Assembly (NCBI GenBank): GCA_041739035.1 | Contig: JBGSOQ010000062.1 | Location: 44,775-108,774 of the forward strand | Direction: 5' to 3' | Length of the DNA stretch: 64,000 nt | From: Ignavibacteriaceae bacterium | GTDB taxonomy: Bacteria > Bacteroidota > Ignavibacteria > Ignavibacteriales > Ignavibacteriaceae | Shown: positions 27,299 through 36,368 of the stretch, piece by piece | Numbering within the stretch: position 1 is the stretch's first letter | Layout of the letters: the number at the start of each line of letters is the position of its first letter | Made by a program: the position numbers and the translations under genes | Notes under the pieces: generated by a model | The model's input: only the letters and a program-made list of their open reading frames with translations | The model's database searches: none | Told to the model about the DNA's origin: nothing

Positions 27299-29110
27299 AT
27301 GATCAGTCTACTTAACAAGGCATACTTCTTCGTTCTACTAATAAGCATTTTATTATTGTTTGGATGCAAGGAAAATGTTAGCAGTCCCGATGATAATATT
27401 CCAGATATTCCTGCTCGTGTTGAACAACTTCTCGCACAGATGTCGCTTGAAGAAAAAATCGGGCAGATGACACAGGCAGAACGCGGTGCCTTGCAAAACA
27501 TTACCGATATAAAAACATATTTTCTTGGTTCGCTGCTTAGTGGCGGCGGCTCTGCGCCATCAACAAATTCTGCTCAAGCCTGGGCGGATATGTATGACTA
27601 CTTTCAAAACTTTGCACTTCAGACAAGATTAAAAATTCCGCTTATATATGGTATTGATGCAGTGCATGGACACAACAACGTCTTTGGTGCAACTATCTTT
27701 CCACATAATATTGGATTAGGCTGTACAAGAAATCCGCAGCTTATTGAACAAGCTGCAAGAGTTACTGCTGAAGAAGTTTCTGGAACAGGAATAGATTGGA
27801 CATTTGCACCCTGCATTGCAACTGTAAGAGATGAACGCTGGGGAAGAACTTACGAAGGATTTGGTGAGACACCTGAATTATCTATTTCAATGGCACAAGC
27901 TATGGTTCGCGGTTATCAGGGAACGAGTTTGTCGGATTACGGAAATATTCTTTCTTGTGCAAAACATTTTCTTGGTGATGGTGGAACACAAGGAGGCGAT
28001 GATCAGGGTAATGTAGTTGCGGATGAACAAACTATTAGACAGTTGCATATGCAAGGATTTATTTCTGCTATCAACGCCGGAGTAAAATCCATAATGGTTT
28101 CTTACAGCAGTATTAATGGACAGAAAATGCACGGCAGCAGATACTGGATTACAGATGTTTTAAAAGATGAATTGGGGTTTAAAGGATTTGTTGTTTCTGA
28201 TTGGCAAGGAATTGATCAACTACCCGGTGATTATAAGAGTGATATTCAAAATTCTATAAATGCGGGTGTTGATATGGTAATGGTCCCGAATAATTTTATA
28301 GAGTTTATTCAATTTCTAAAAGAACTGGTTAATGAAAATAGAATTTCAATTGAACGCATTGATGATGCAGTAAGAAGAATCCTAACTGTAAAATTTGAAC
28401 TAGGACTTTTTGAAAAACCGTTCACTGATAGAAGTTTAACACCAACTGTTGGTTCTGCAGCGCACAGGACCGTTTCAAGACAATGTGTTAGAGAATCATT
28501 AGTGCTTCTTAAAAATCAGAATAATTTTTTACCACTCTCCAAAAATATAAATCATATACTTGTTGCAGGAAAAAATGGACTTGATATTGGTAATCAATGC
28601 GGAGGATGGACAATTAGCTGGCAAGGAAGTAGTGGAGATATAACTAGCGGAACCACAGTCTATCAGGGAATAAAAAACTCGGTTCCAGGTTCAACTACCG
28701 TTAGTTATTCATTTAATGGAAGCAGTACGCAAGGTGCTGATGTTGCCGTTGTAGTGGTTGGAGAAACACCTTATGCAGAAGGAAATGGCGATAGAACCGA
28801 TCTTTCCTTATCCTCTGAAGATATTACTACAATTAATAATATCAAAAATGCCGGAATACCTTATGTGATTATTTTAATCTCCGGCAGACCGATGATTATT
28901 ACAAATGAACTTGCTGATTGTAATGCTTTTGTTGCAGCATGGCTCCCCGGAACTGAAGGACAAGGAATTGCAGATGTACTTTTTGGTGATTATAATTTTA
29001 CAGGTAAGTTATCACATAGTTGGCCAAGAAGCATGAATCAAATTCCTATAAACTACGGTGATACAAATTACGATCCACTTTTTCCTTATGGATTTGGATT
29101 ATCATATTAA
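27299..29110 (+). CDS. Glycoside hydrolase family 3 beta-glucosidase / glucan exohydrolase (lipoprotein)
   Basis: LEEKIGQMTQ, GIDAVHGHNN, ATVRDERWGRTYEGFGE, KHFLGDGGT and the nucleophile region GFVVSDWQGI. Lipobox LLLFGC. ATG at 27299 preferred over the track TTG at 27266. Confidence 0.9.
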   Translation: MISLLNKAYFFVLLISILLLFGCKENVSSPDDNIPDIPARVEQLLAQMSLEEKIGQMTQAERGALQNITDIKTYFLGSLLSGGGSAPSTNSAQAWADMYDYFQNFALQTRLKIPLIYGIDAVHGHNNVFGATIFPHNIGLGCTRNPQLIEQAARVTAEEVSGTGIDWTFAPCIATVRDERWGRTYEGFGETPELSISMAQAMVRGYQGTSLSDYGNILSCAKHFLGDGGTQGGDDQGNVVADEQTIRQLHMQGFISAINAGVKSIMVSYSSINGQKMHGSRYWITDVLKDELGFKGFVVSDWQGIDQLPGDYKSDIQNSINAGVDMVMVPNNFIEFIQFLKELVNENRISIERIDDAVRRILTVKFELGLFEKPFTDRSLTPTVGSAAHRTVSRQCVRESLVLLKNQNNFLPLSKNINHILVAGKNGLDIGNQCGGWTISWQGSSGDITSGTTVYQGIKNSVPGSTTVSYSFNGSSTQGADVAVVVVGETPYAEGNGDRTDLSLSSEDITTINNIKNAGIPYVIILISGRPMIITNELADCNAFVAAWLPGTEGQGIADVLFGDYNFTGKLSHSWPRSMNQIPINYGDTNYDPLFPYGFGLSY

Positions 29111-29138
29111 ATTATAGTTGTAATACAAAGAAAATAAA

Positions 29139-31376
29139 ATGAAAAAATATTTTATCTTTATACTTAGTCTAATTGTAATTGCACTAAGCGGTTTTGTAAA
29201 CTCCCCCGTTCAGAATTCAGATGAAGATAGAATTTCTATAAGAGTTGATTCTGTTCTTGCTTTAATGACGCTTAATGAAAAGATCGGACAACTAAATCAA
29301 CTATCCTACGGAATTGGCTGGGGGCCAACTGTTAAGGTCGCTGTTCCCGATGAATATAAGCAGCAAATACGTGAAGGAAAAATTGGTTCTTTCTTAAATG
29401 CAATCGGTGCAGAGTTTACTTATGAGTTGCAGAAAGTTGCAACACAGGAATCAAGATTAAAAATTCCATTAATATTTGGATTGGATGTTATTCACGGTTT
29501 CAAAACAACCTTCCCTATTCCATTAGGGGAAGCCGCAACATGGCAGCCTGAATTAATTGAAATGTCTGCACACTACCAGGCAATTGAAGCAGCATCAGCA
29601 GGAATTCATTGGACATTTTCTCCGATGGTTGATATAGCACGCGACCCACGCTGGGGTAGAATTATGGAAGGCAGCGGTGAAGATCCTTACTTAGGTTCGG
29701 TAATGGCTGCAGCAAGAGTAAGAGGATATCAAGGAAATCTTTCAGATCTAAACATTGTAGCTTGTGTAAAACACTATGCTGCTTATGGTGGTGCCGAAGG
29801 TGGAAGAGATTATAACACAGTGGATATTTCAGAAAGAACTTTCAGAGATATTTATTTGCCGCCATTCAATGCGGGTGTTGAAGCAGGCGCTCACACTTTG
29901 ATGGCTTCTTTTAACGAGATTGGCGGAATACCCGCATCCGGAAGTAAATATTTGTTAACCGATATATTAAGAGATGAATGGAATTTTAAAGGATTTGTTG
30001 TTAGCGATTGGAATTCAGTTGGACAACTTGTTGCCCATGGTTTTGCCTCGGATCTTAAACACGCAGCTGAAATTTCGCTAAATGCAGGTCTTGATATGGA
30101 TATGGAATCAAGATCATATATAACTCATCTTAAAGAACTTGTAGATGAGGGGAAAGTTAAAGAATCTGTAATCGATGAATCTGTAAGAAGAATTCTCAGA
30201 ATAAAATTTATGCTTGGCTTATTCGACGATCCATTCCTTTACTGCAGTAAAGAGCGTGAGCAAAAAAACATAATGACAGACGAAATTAAAAACGCATCAC
30301 TTGATGTTGCAAAGCGTTCTTTCGTCTTATTAAAAAACGAAGATAACATTCTACCGCTAAAAAAAGATTATGAAAAGATTGCTGTTATTGGTCCGCTAGC
30401 AAATTCAAAACTGGATCCCTTAGGTGAGTGGAATGCCCAAGGGATTGCAGAAGATGTTACATCAGTTTTGGAAGGATTAAAAAAATACATTGGTGATAAA
30501 TCCGAAATACTTTACGCAGAAGGATGCGAAATTACAGATCCCTCAAAAGATGGGTTTGAAGAAGCTATCGATAAAGCAGAAAATTCAGATGTGATTATCC
30601 TATGTGTGGGCGAAAGCAGAAGTATGAGTGGTGAGGCTCATAATCGTTCGTCTCTTGATTTACCAGGAGTTCAGGAAGATCTTGCTAAGGAATTGTTTAA
30701 AACGGGTAAACCAATTATTGCAGTATTAATGAACGGAAGACCATTATCTGTTAACTGGCTGGATGAAAATGCTGATGCGATTTTAGAGACCTGGTTTGCA
30801 GGAACAATGACCGGTGATGCAGTTGCTCAGGTTTTATTTGGGGATTACAATCCATCTGGAAAACTACCCGTTACATTTCCAAGAACAGTTGGGCAGGTAC
30901 CGGTTTACTATAATCATAAAAATACAGGAAGACCCGGAGATTATAAAGATCGCTTCACCTCAAAATATATTGATCTTCCGTTAACTCCGCTTTATTACTT
31001 TGGGTACGGATTAAGTTATACTTCTTTTGAGTATAGTGATGTAACTTTAAGTACAGATAAATTAACCGATAAAGATTCAATGGTCGTATCAGTAAAAGTT
31101 AAGAATACCGGCGATTATGATGGTGAAGAAGTTGTGCAATTATATATTCAGGATTTAGTTGGAAGCGTTACCCGCCCGGTTAAAGAATTAAAAGGATTTA
31201 AAAAAGTAATGCTCAAACAGGATGAAGAAAAAAAAGTAAGCTTCACAATAAAGGAAAAGGATTTAAGATTTACAGCTGCAGATATGAAGTTTAAATCAGA
31301 ACCGGGATTGTTTAAAGTTTATGTGGGAACAAATTCAGTAGATGTTTCAGAAAACAAATTTGAGCTGGTTGAATAA
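29139..31376 (+). CDS. bglX: Glycoside hydrolase family 3 beta-glucosidase (BglX-like, with C-terminal Fn3-like domain)
   Basis: 745 aa. LNEKIGQLNQ, GLDVIHGF, DIARDPRWGRIMEGSGEDP, KHYAAYGG, GFVVSDWNSV. C-terminal YGLSYTSFEYS...VQLYIQD...RPVKELKGFKKV. Confidence 0.9.
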   Translation: MKKYFIFILSLIVIALSGFVNSPVQNSDEDRISIRVDSVLALMTLNEKIGQLNQLSYGIGWGPTVKVAVPDEYKQQIREGKIGSFLNAIGAEFTYELQKVATQESRLKIPLIFGLDVIHGFKTTFPIPLGEAATWQPELIEMSAHYQAIEAASAGIHWTFSPMVDIARDPRWGRIMEGSGEDPYLGSVMAAARVRGYQGNLSDLNIVACVKHYAAYGGAEGGRDYNTVDISERTFRDIYLPPFNAGVEAGAHTLMASFNEIGGIPASGSKYLLTDILRDEWNFKGFVVSDWNSVGQLVAHGFASDLKHAAEISLNAGLDMDMESRSYITHLKELVDEGKVKESVIDESVRRILRIKFMLGLFDDPFLYCSKEREQKNIMTDEIKNASLDVAKRSFVLLKNEDNILPLKKDYEKIAVIGPLANSKLDPLGEWNAQGIAEDVTSVLEGLKKYIGDKSEILYAEGCEITDPSKDGFEEAIDKAENSDVIILCVGESRSMSGEAHNRSSLDLPGVQEDLAKELFKTGKPIIAVLMNGRPLSVNWLDENADAILETWFAGTMTGDAVAQVLFGDYNPSGKLPVTFPRTVGQVPVYYNHKNTGRPGDYKDRFTSKYIDLPLTPLYYFGYGLSYTSFEYSDVTLSTDKLTDKDSMVVSVKVKNTGDYDGEEVVQLYIQDLVGSVTRPVKELKGFKKVMLKQDEEKKVSFTIKEKDLRFTAADMKFKSEPGLFKVYVGTNSVDVSENKFELVE

Positions 31377-31385
31377 TAAAAAGAC

Positions 31386-31474
31386 TGTCATTGAGAGGAT
31401 TCCTCGACGAATCAATCTTTTAACGGTTTTAGATTGCTTCACTCGACTCCGCCGTGGCGGATCGTTCGCAGTGA
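31386..31474. repeat. REP/MITE-like GC-rich palindromic intergenic element (GTCATT...AGATTGCTTC class)
   Basis: TGTCATTGAGAGGATTCCTCGACGAATCAATCT ... AGATTGCTTCACTCGACTCCGCCGTGGCGGATCGTTCGCAGTGA. Arms GAATCAATCT / AGATTGCTTC are complementary at 9 of 10 positions. Internal CCGCC-GGCGG hairpin. GC content stands out from the AT-rich spacer. Confidence 0.5.
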
Positions 31475-31493
31475 ATTAAACAAAAGGTAAAAT

Positions 31494-32333
31494 ATGAAAA
31501 GAAAATTAATATCGTTAATAATAATATTACAATTTGTTATCATCTCAATTTCATTTGCAAGCTGCAGCAAAGATGATTCTACAACAGCACCAACGGATCA
31601 GATTCCGGAAATTCCCGGATATACATTAGTCTGGAATGATGAGTTTGACGGTCAGTACATAAATCCGAATAAATGGTCGTGGGAAATAAACGGTGATGGC
31701 GGCGGAAATAATGAATTACAATACTATACCGGTTTGCCGACCAATTCATTTATTGAAAATGGAAAGCTTGTTATAAAAGCAATAAAAGAAGATTATCAGG
31801 GTAATGAATATACTTCAGCTAGATTGCGAACATTAAACAAAGGTGATTGGCTTTACGGACGAATTGAAGTATCAGCAAAAGTTCCAACCGGCAGAGGAAC
31901 CTGGCCGGCTATCTGGATGCTTTCATCAGACTGGAGTTATGGAGGCTGGCCGGAAAGCGGTGAAATTGATATTATGGAACATGTAGGATATAATCCAAAT
32001 GTAATTCACGGTTCTATTCATACAGAAGACTATAACCATATTCTTGGAACCCAAAAAAGTGCGACACTAAACATTCCAAATGCAACTACAACATTTCATA
32101 CTTATGCAATTGAATGGTTTGCAGATCGTATTGATTTTTATATTGATCAGTACAAGTATTTTACTTTTAATAATGAAAATTCCGGCTGGCAAAAATGGCC
32201 GTTCAATAAAAGATTTCATCTGATACTTAATGTGGCAGTCGGTGGAAATTGGGGTGGTGTGCAGGGAATTGATGATAATGCATTCCCGGCTCAGATGGAA
32301 GTTGAATTTGTAAGAGTTTACAAGAAAATTTAA
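31494..32333 (+). CDS. Glycoside hydrolase family 16 endo-beta-1,3-glucanase (laminarinase), lipoprotein
   Basis: 279 aa. Lipobox ISFASC. GH16 catalytic motif GEIDIMEH (ExDxxE). WPAIWML. WNDEFDG. Confidence 0.92.
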   Translation: MKRKLISLIIILQFVIISISFASCSKDDSTTAPTDQIPEIPGYTLVWNDEFDGQYINPNKWSWEINGDGGGNNELQYYTGLPTNSFIENGKLVIKAIKEDYQGNEYTSARLRTLNKGDWLYGRIEVSAKVPTGRGTWPAIWMLSSDWSYGGWPESGEIDIMEHVGYNPNVIHGSIHTEDYNHILGTQKSATLNIPNATTTFHTYAIEWFADRIDFYIDQYKYFTFNNENSGWQKWPFNKRFHLILNVAVGGNWGGVQGIDDNAFPAQMEVEFVRVYKKI

Positions 32334-32348
32334 TTATGAAATTCCAAA

Positions 32349-33119
32349 ATGACACTTCAATCAAGGGATCGGTTTATTAACATAGGTGAACCATTGAAAT
32401 TTTTATACGTATTTTTTTTATTACTCATTATGATAAATTCTTCTTTTTCACAAATACAAAACCAATCTTCTCACAACTTTCAAAAAGAAATTAAAATTAC
32501 TTTATCAGCAAATTATCTTCTATATCTGCCGAAAGATTATCAGGGTAGTGACAATCCATTTCCGCTTGTTTTATTCCTTCATGGTATAGGAGAAAGAGGA
32601 ACGGATGTAGAGAAAGTAAAAATGCACGGTCTCCCAAAATTAATTAATGAAGGAAAAGAATTCCCATTCATAGTTTTATCTCCTCAATGCCCTGATAATG
32701 AATTCTGGAATACAGATGTTCTTTCAGAACTGATTGATGAAATCGAATCTCAATATCGTGTAGATAAAAATAGAATTTATTTGACCGGATTAAGTATGGG
32801 TGGTAATGGAACCTGGTCTCTTGCACTTGCACAGCCAAATCGTTTTGCTGCAATTGCACCAGTTTGTGGTTGGAGTCATCCTGTTGAATTTTGCAAAATA
32901 GCACATATACCAATCTGGATATTTCATGGAGCTAAAGATAATGTTGTACCTTTAAATTTTTCTGAACAGATTATACAACAGTCCAAAGCTTGTGGTGGAG
33001 CTAATATTAAATTTACAGTTTATCCTGAAGCTAATCATGATGCATGGACAGAAACTTATAACAATGAAGAATTATACAAATGGTTTCTTGAGCAATCACT
33101 GGATACATCAAATAAATGA
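32349..33119 (+). CDS. Alpha/beta-hydrolase esterase (phospholipase/carboxylesterase-like)
   Basis: PLVLFLHGIGERG, nucleophile elbow GLSMGG, IFHGAKDNVVP, NHDAW. An alternative TTG start at 32394 (MKFLYVFFLLLIMINSSFSQ, AGGTGA RBS) gives a cleaner signal peptide. Confidence 0.8.
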   Translation: MTLQSRDRFINIGEPLKFLYVFFLLLIMINSSFSQIQNQSSHNFQKEIKITLSANYLLYLPKDYQGSDNPFPLVLFLHGIGERGTDVEKVKMHGLPKLINEGKEFPFIVLSPQCPDNEFWNTDVLSELIDEIESQYRVDKNRIYLTGLSMGGNGTWSLALAQPNRFAAIAPVCGWSHPVEFCKIAHIPIWIFHGAKDNVVPLNFSEQIIQQSKACGGANIKFTVYPEANHDAWTETYNNEELYKWFLEQSLDTSNK

Positions 33120-33275
33120 AAATTGTAGAGAGAATCAAATCTTTATTTAATCGAAGTTGGACTTATCAAACTGAAACTATAATCATCACAAAAAAACAAT
33201 GTCCGCATTGTGCAAGCAGAGAGATGTTTGTTTTTAATGACACTCCAAAAATTAAAACCAAAATTGGTGATTCAA

Positions 33276-34499
33276 ATGAAAAACACAAATAAACTACTAT
33301 TAGGATTTCTAATATTATTTTTACTGATGCCATTTAGTTATTCTCAAGATGGATTTTTAACTGTTAAAGGCAAAGAAATTATCGCACCGGACGGAAAACC
33401 GATTTTATTAAGAGGAATTAATTTAGGCAATTGGCTTAATCCTGAAGGTTATATGTTCAAGTTTAAGAATGTTAATTCTTTCAGATTGATTGATAATGTT
33501 ATCAAAGAATTAGTTGGCGCTGATGAAGCTAGAAAATTCTGGAAAACTTTTAGAGATAATTATATAACTAAAGAAGATATTAGTTTTATAAAATCAACCG
33601 GACTAAACCATATTCGTGTTCCTTTTAATTTTAAATTCTTTTTAGTTGAAGATCATCCTGAAATCTGGCTTGAAGAAGGATTTAAAAGATTAGACAATGT
33701 AATTAAATGGTGCAAAGAAGAAAATCTTTATGTAGTACTTGATTTACATGCCGCACCTGGCGGACAAACCGGTGATAATATCGATGATAGCTGGAGTTAT
33801 CCATTTTTACTTGAAGATGAACAAGCACAGCAGACAACAATTGCACTCTGGAAAAAACTTGCCGAGCGATACAAGGATGAGGCAATTGTAATTGGTTACG
33901 ATCTATTAAATGAACCTCTCCCCCATTATCTGGAAAACAAAGAAGAACTAAATCAACTGCTTGAACCACTTTATAAAAGAATTACAAGCGCTATTCGAGA
34001 AGTAGATTTAAATCATATAATTTTTATCGGCGGAGCACAATGGAATACAAATTTTAAAATGTTTGGTGAACCATTCGATGATAAATTGGTTTACACATTT
34101 CACAAATACTGGATGCCGCCCGTTCAGGAACAAATTCAGGAGTACGTTGATTTTTCCAACAAGCATAATGTTCCAATGTGGATGGGTGAAAGCGGTGAAA
34201 ATGAAGATGCGTGGATTGATTCATTCAGAGTTGTATTAGAAACAAATAATATTGGATGGTGTTTCTGGCCATATAAAAAAATGGATTCAGATCGTGGAAT
34301 GGTTAAGTTTCCAAAAACAGTAGAATGGGAAGAGATAATTAATTATGCTGAATTACCAAAGAAAAATTTTGAAGAAATAAGAAATGCAAAACCTACTAGA
34401 GTAATTGTAAAGAAGGCTTTAACAGATTTACTTGAGAATATAAAGTTCAAAAACTGTGAGATAAATAAGGGTTATCTGAAAGCTTTGGGATTTGAATAG
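33276..34499 (+). CDS. Glycoside hydrolase family 5 (cellulase / beta-1,3-glucanase-type)
   Basis: GLNHIRVPFN, VVLDLHAAPGGQ, acid/base GYDLLNEP, HKYW, nucleophile region MWMGESGEN. Start moved to ATG 33276 (MKNTNKLLLGFLILFLLMPFSYSQ signal peptide). Confidence 0.88.
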   Translation: MKNTNKLLLGFLILFLLMPFSYSQDGFLTVKGKEIIAPDGKPILLRGINLGNWLNPEGYMFKFKNVNSFRLIDNVIKELVGADEARKFWKTFRDNYITKEDISFIKSTGLNHIRVPFNFKFFLVEDHPEIWLEEGFKRLDNVIKWCKEENLYVVLDLHAAPGGQTGDNIDDSWSYPFLLEDEQAQQTTIALWKKLAERYKDEAIVIGYDLLNEPLPHYLENKEELNQLLEPLYKRITSAIREVDLNHIIFIGGAQWNTNFKMFGEPFDDKLVYTFHKYWMPPVQEQIQEYVDFSNKHNVPMWMGESGENEDAWIDSFRVVLETNNIGWCFWPYKKMDSDRGMVKFPKTVEWEEIINYAELPKKNFEEIRNAKPTRVIVKKALTDLLENIKFKNCEINKGYLKALGFE

Positions 34500-34530
34500 A
34501 TGTAAAAGTGTAAATGTTTAGATTACCTTT

Positions 34531-36357
34531 ATGAAAATATTTTTATATATAGTTTCTACTGCCTTGATATTAAATAGTAGTTTATCGTTTGCACAAAATG
34601 AAGAATCAGTCGTAGCACAAATCGGAAATGAAATAATAACGGCAAAAGAGTTTAAACTGCGATATGAACTTTCACCATATATACCTTCAGATAAAAACAT
34701 TGATCCTGATTCCATAAAATATGATTTTCTTTATTCTTTGATTGCTGAAAAATTGTGGTCTAAAGATGCTGAGTCTCTTGGAATTACAAATACAGATGAA
34801 TTTAATTTTATTTTCAAACCGCTCGAAGAAATGTTTGTTAGAGATGCTCTTTTCAAAATCGAAGTTGAAGATAAAGTTTTACTATCTGCTGATGATGTAG
34901 CAAATGGAATTGTTAAATCACAGGCTAAGCTTAATACTCAAATCGTGACTTCACAAGATTCTTTAAATATTTATACTATTTACGACAGATTTAAATTGAG
35001 CAGTAATTACGATTCGTTAATCGCAATTAACTCAAGTCTTGTAAGTAACATTTTTGATATTACATTAGGATCACTAAAAGATGAAGAAATTGAGGATTCT
35101 CTTTATTCACTACCTGTAAATGGCTTTACCGATCCAATTAAAAGTGAGGTTGGCTGGGCAATTTTTATCATTAAAAATAAAATCTTCACTCCAATTGATC
35201 TCAGCAATCAGCAATCAATCGATAATATGAAAAAAGTGATTCGCAACAGACGAATCGAAAAGCGGTATGAAGAGTATCTAAAGGAAATTCTTGGCGGCAT
35301 TACAATTAATATTAATCCTGAAGCGTTTAACCTTGTGTATTCTGAGAATTGGGAAATACTAAAAACTAAACGAATGCTTAATGATACTGCAAACTATTTT
35401 GAACTTGCAGAATTTGATTTTAATAAAATTAATTCATCACTCGGTTCGGATAAACTAAACCAACAATTCTTTCAATTATCAGGTTCAGAAATTAGTGTAG
35501 AAAAGTTCTTAAGCAATTTATCTTTTAATGGATTTCATGTAACTCAACTTGATTCAGCAATCGTTCTTCAAAAACTTAATCAGAGAGCAAAACGATTTGT
35601 AGAAGAACAAATGATAACCAAAGAAGCATATAATCGCGGGCTCCAATTTACTCCTCAGGTTCGTAATGATATAAAAATATGGCAGGAAAATTATTTAGCC
35701 CAATTATATTTTAATGATAATCTGGATTCTATAATCATAACAGATAAAGATGTTTACAATTATTATCTTGATGAATTAGTAAATACATCAAACATCAGAT
35801 TAATAAATATCAGGTTAGTTTCTATTAAGGATCTTGATGAAGTATCAAATATTTTTGAATTACTTAAGCAAGGAACCGATTTTGGAGACTTAGTTAAGAG
35901 TTATGGAAGCACTGATTCATTAGTAAATAGTGAAGGTGAAACAGGATTAAAACCAATTTTATTACTTGGATATGTTGGTAGTGTTGCATCAGATTTAGAG
36001 TTGAATGAAGTCTATGGTCCAATAAAAAGAAATAACGCTTATACAATTTTGCAGGTAATTGAAAGACAAGAAAGTAATGATTCACTAAAACTTTCTTTTG
36101 AATCTGTTAAGAATCAGCTAAGAAATGATTTAAGATTCAAAGAATTAAATGACCGACTCATAAAAATTACTTTCAATCTTGCTCAACAAAATAATGTAAA
36201 AATTTTTAGTGATGTGATTGATAAAATTCAAACATCACAGATTCCTATGTTTGTGCATCGATTAATGGGTTTTGGTGGAAGGATTGCCGGTGTACCTTTA
36301 ACAGCACCATTTTCAGGATGGATAAACGAAGAAGTTAAACAGAAATTATTGCCATGA
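34531..36357 (+). CDS. SurA/PpiC-like periplasmic peptidyl-prolyl isomerase / chaperone
   Basis: 608 aa with a signal peptide. SurA-N-like start (VAQIGNEIITAKEFKLRYE). Parvulin-like segments (FTDPIKSEVGWAIFIIKNK; VYGPIKRNNAYTILQVIERQ). Confidence 0.65.
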   Translation: MKIFLYIVSTALILNSSLSFAQNEESVVAQIGNEIITAKEFKLRYELSPYIPSDKNIDPDSIKYDFLYSLIAEKLWSKDAESLGITNTDEFNFIFKPLEEMFVRDALFKIEVEDKVLLSADDVANGIVKSQAKLNTQIVTSQDSLNIYTIYDRFKLSSNYDSLIAINSSLVSNIFDITLGSLKDEEIEDSLYSLPVNGFTDPIKSEVGWAIFIIKNKIFTPIDLSNQQSIDNMKKVIRNRRIEKRYEEYLKEILGGITININPEAFNLVYSENWEILKTKRMLNDTANYFELAEFDFNKINSSLGSDKLNQQFFQLSGSEISVEKFLSNLSFNGFHVTQLDSAIVLQKLNQRAKRFVEEQMITKEAYNRGLQFTPQVRNDIKIWQENYLAQLYFNDNLDSIIITDKDVYNYYLDELVNTSNIRLINIRLVSIKDLDEVSNIFELLKQGTDFGDLVKSYGSTDSLVNSEGETGLKPILLLGYVGSVASDLELNEVYGPIKRNNAYTILQVIERQESNDSLKLSFESVKNQLRNDLRFKELNDRLIKITFNLAQQNNVKIFSDVIDKIQTSQIPMFVHRLMGFGGRIAGVPLTAPFSGWINEEVKQKLLP

Positions 36358-36368
36358 TTATTTTCGAC

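Noticed and set aside
33210-33275. Track start codons giving N-terminal extensions: GH5 at 33210, GDPD at 11926, TonB receptor at 56571, DUF853 at 44789, PorV-like at 50305, GH3 at 27266
   Set aside because: Internal ATG codons are preceded by GGAG-type ribosome-binding sites and yield clean signal peptides. The extensions are non-signal-like, overlap REP hairpins, or rely on TTG.
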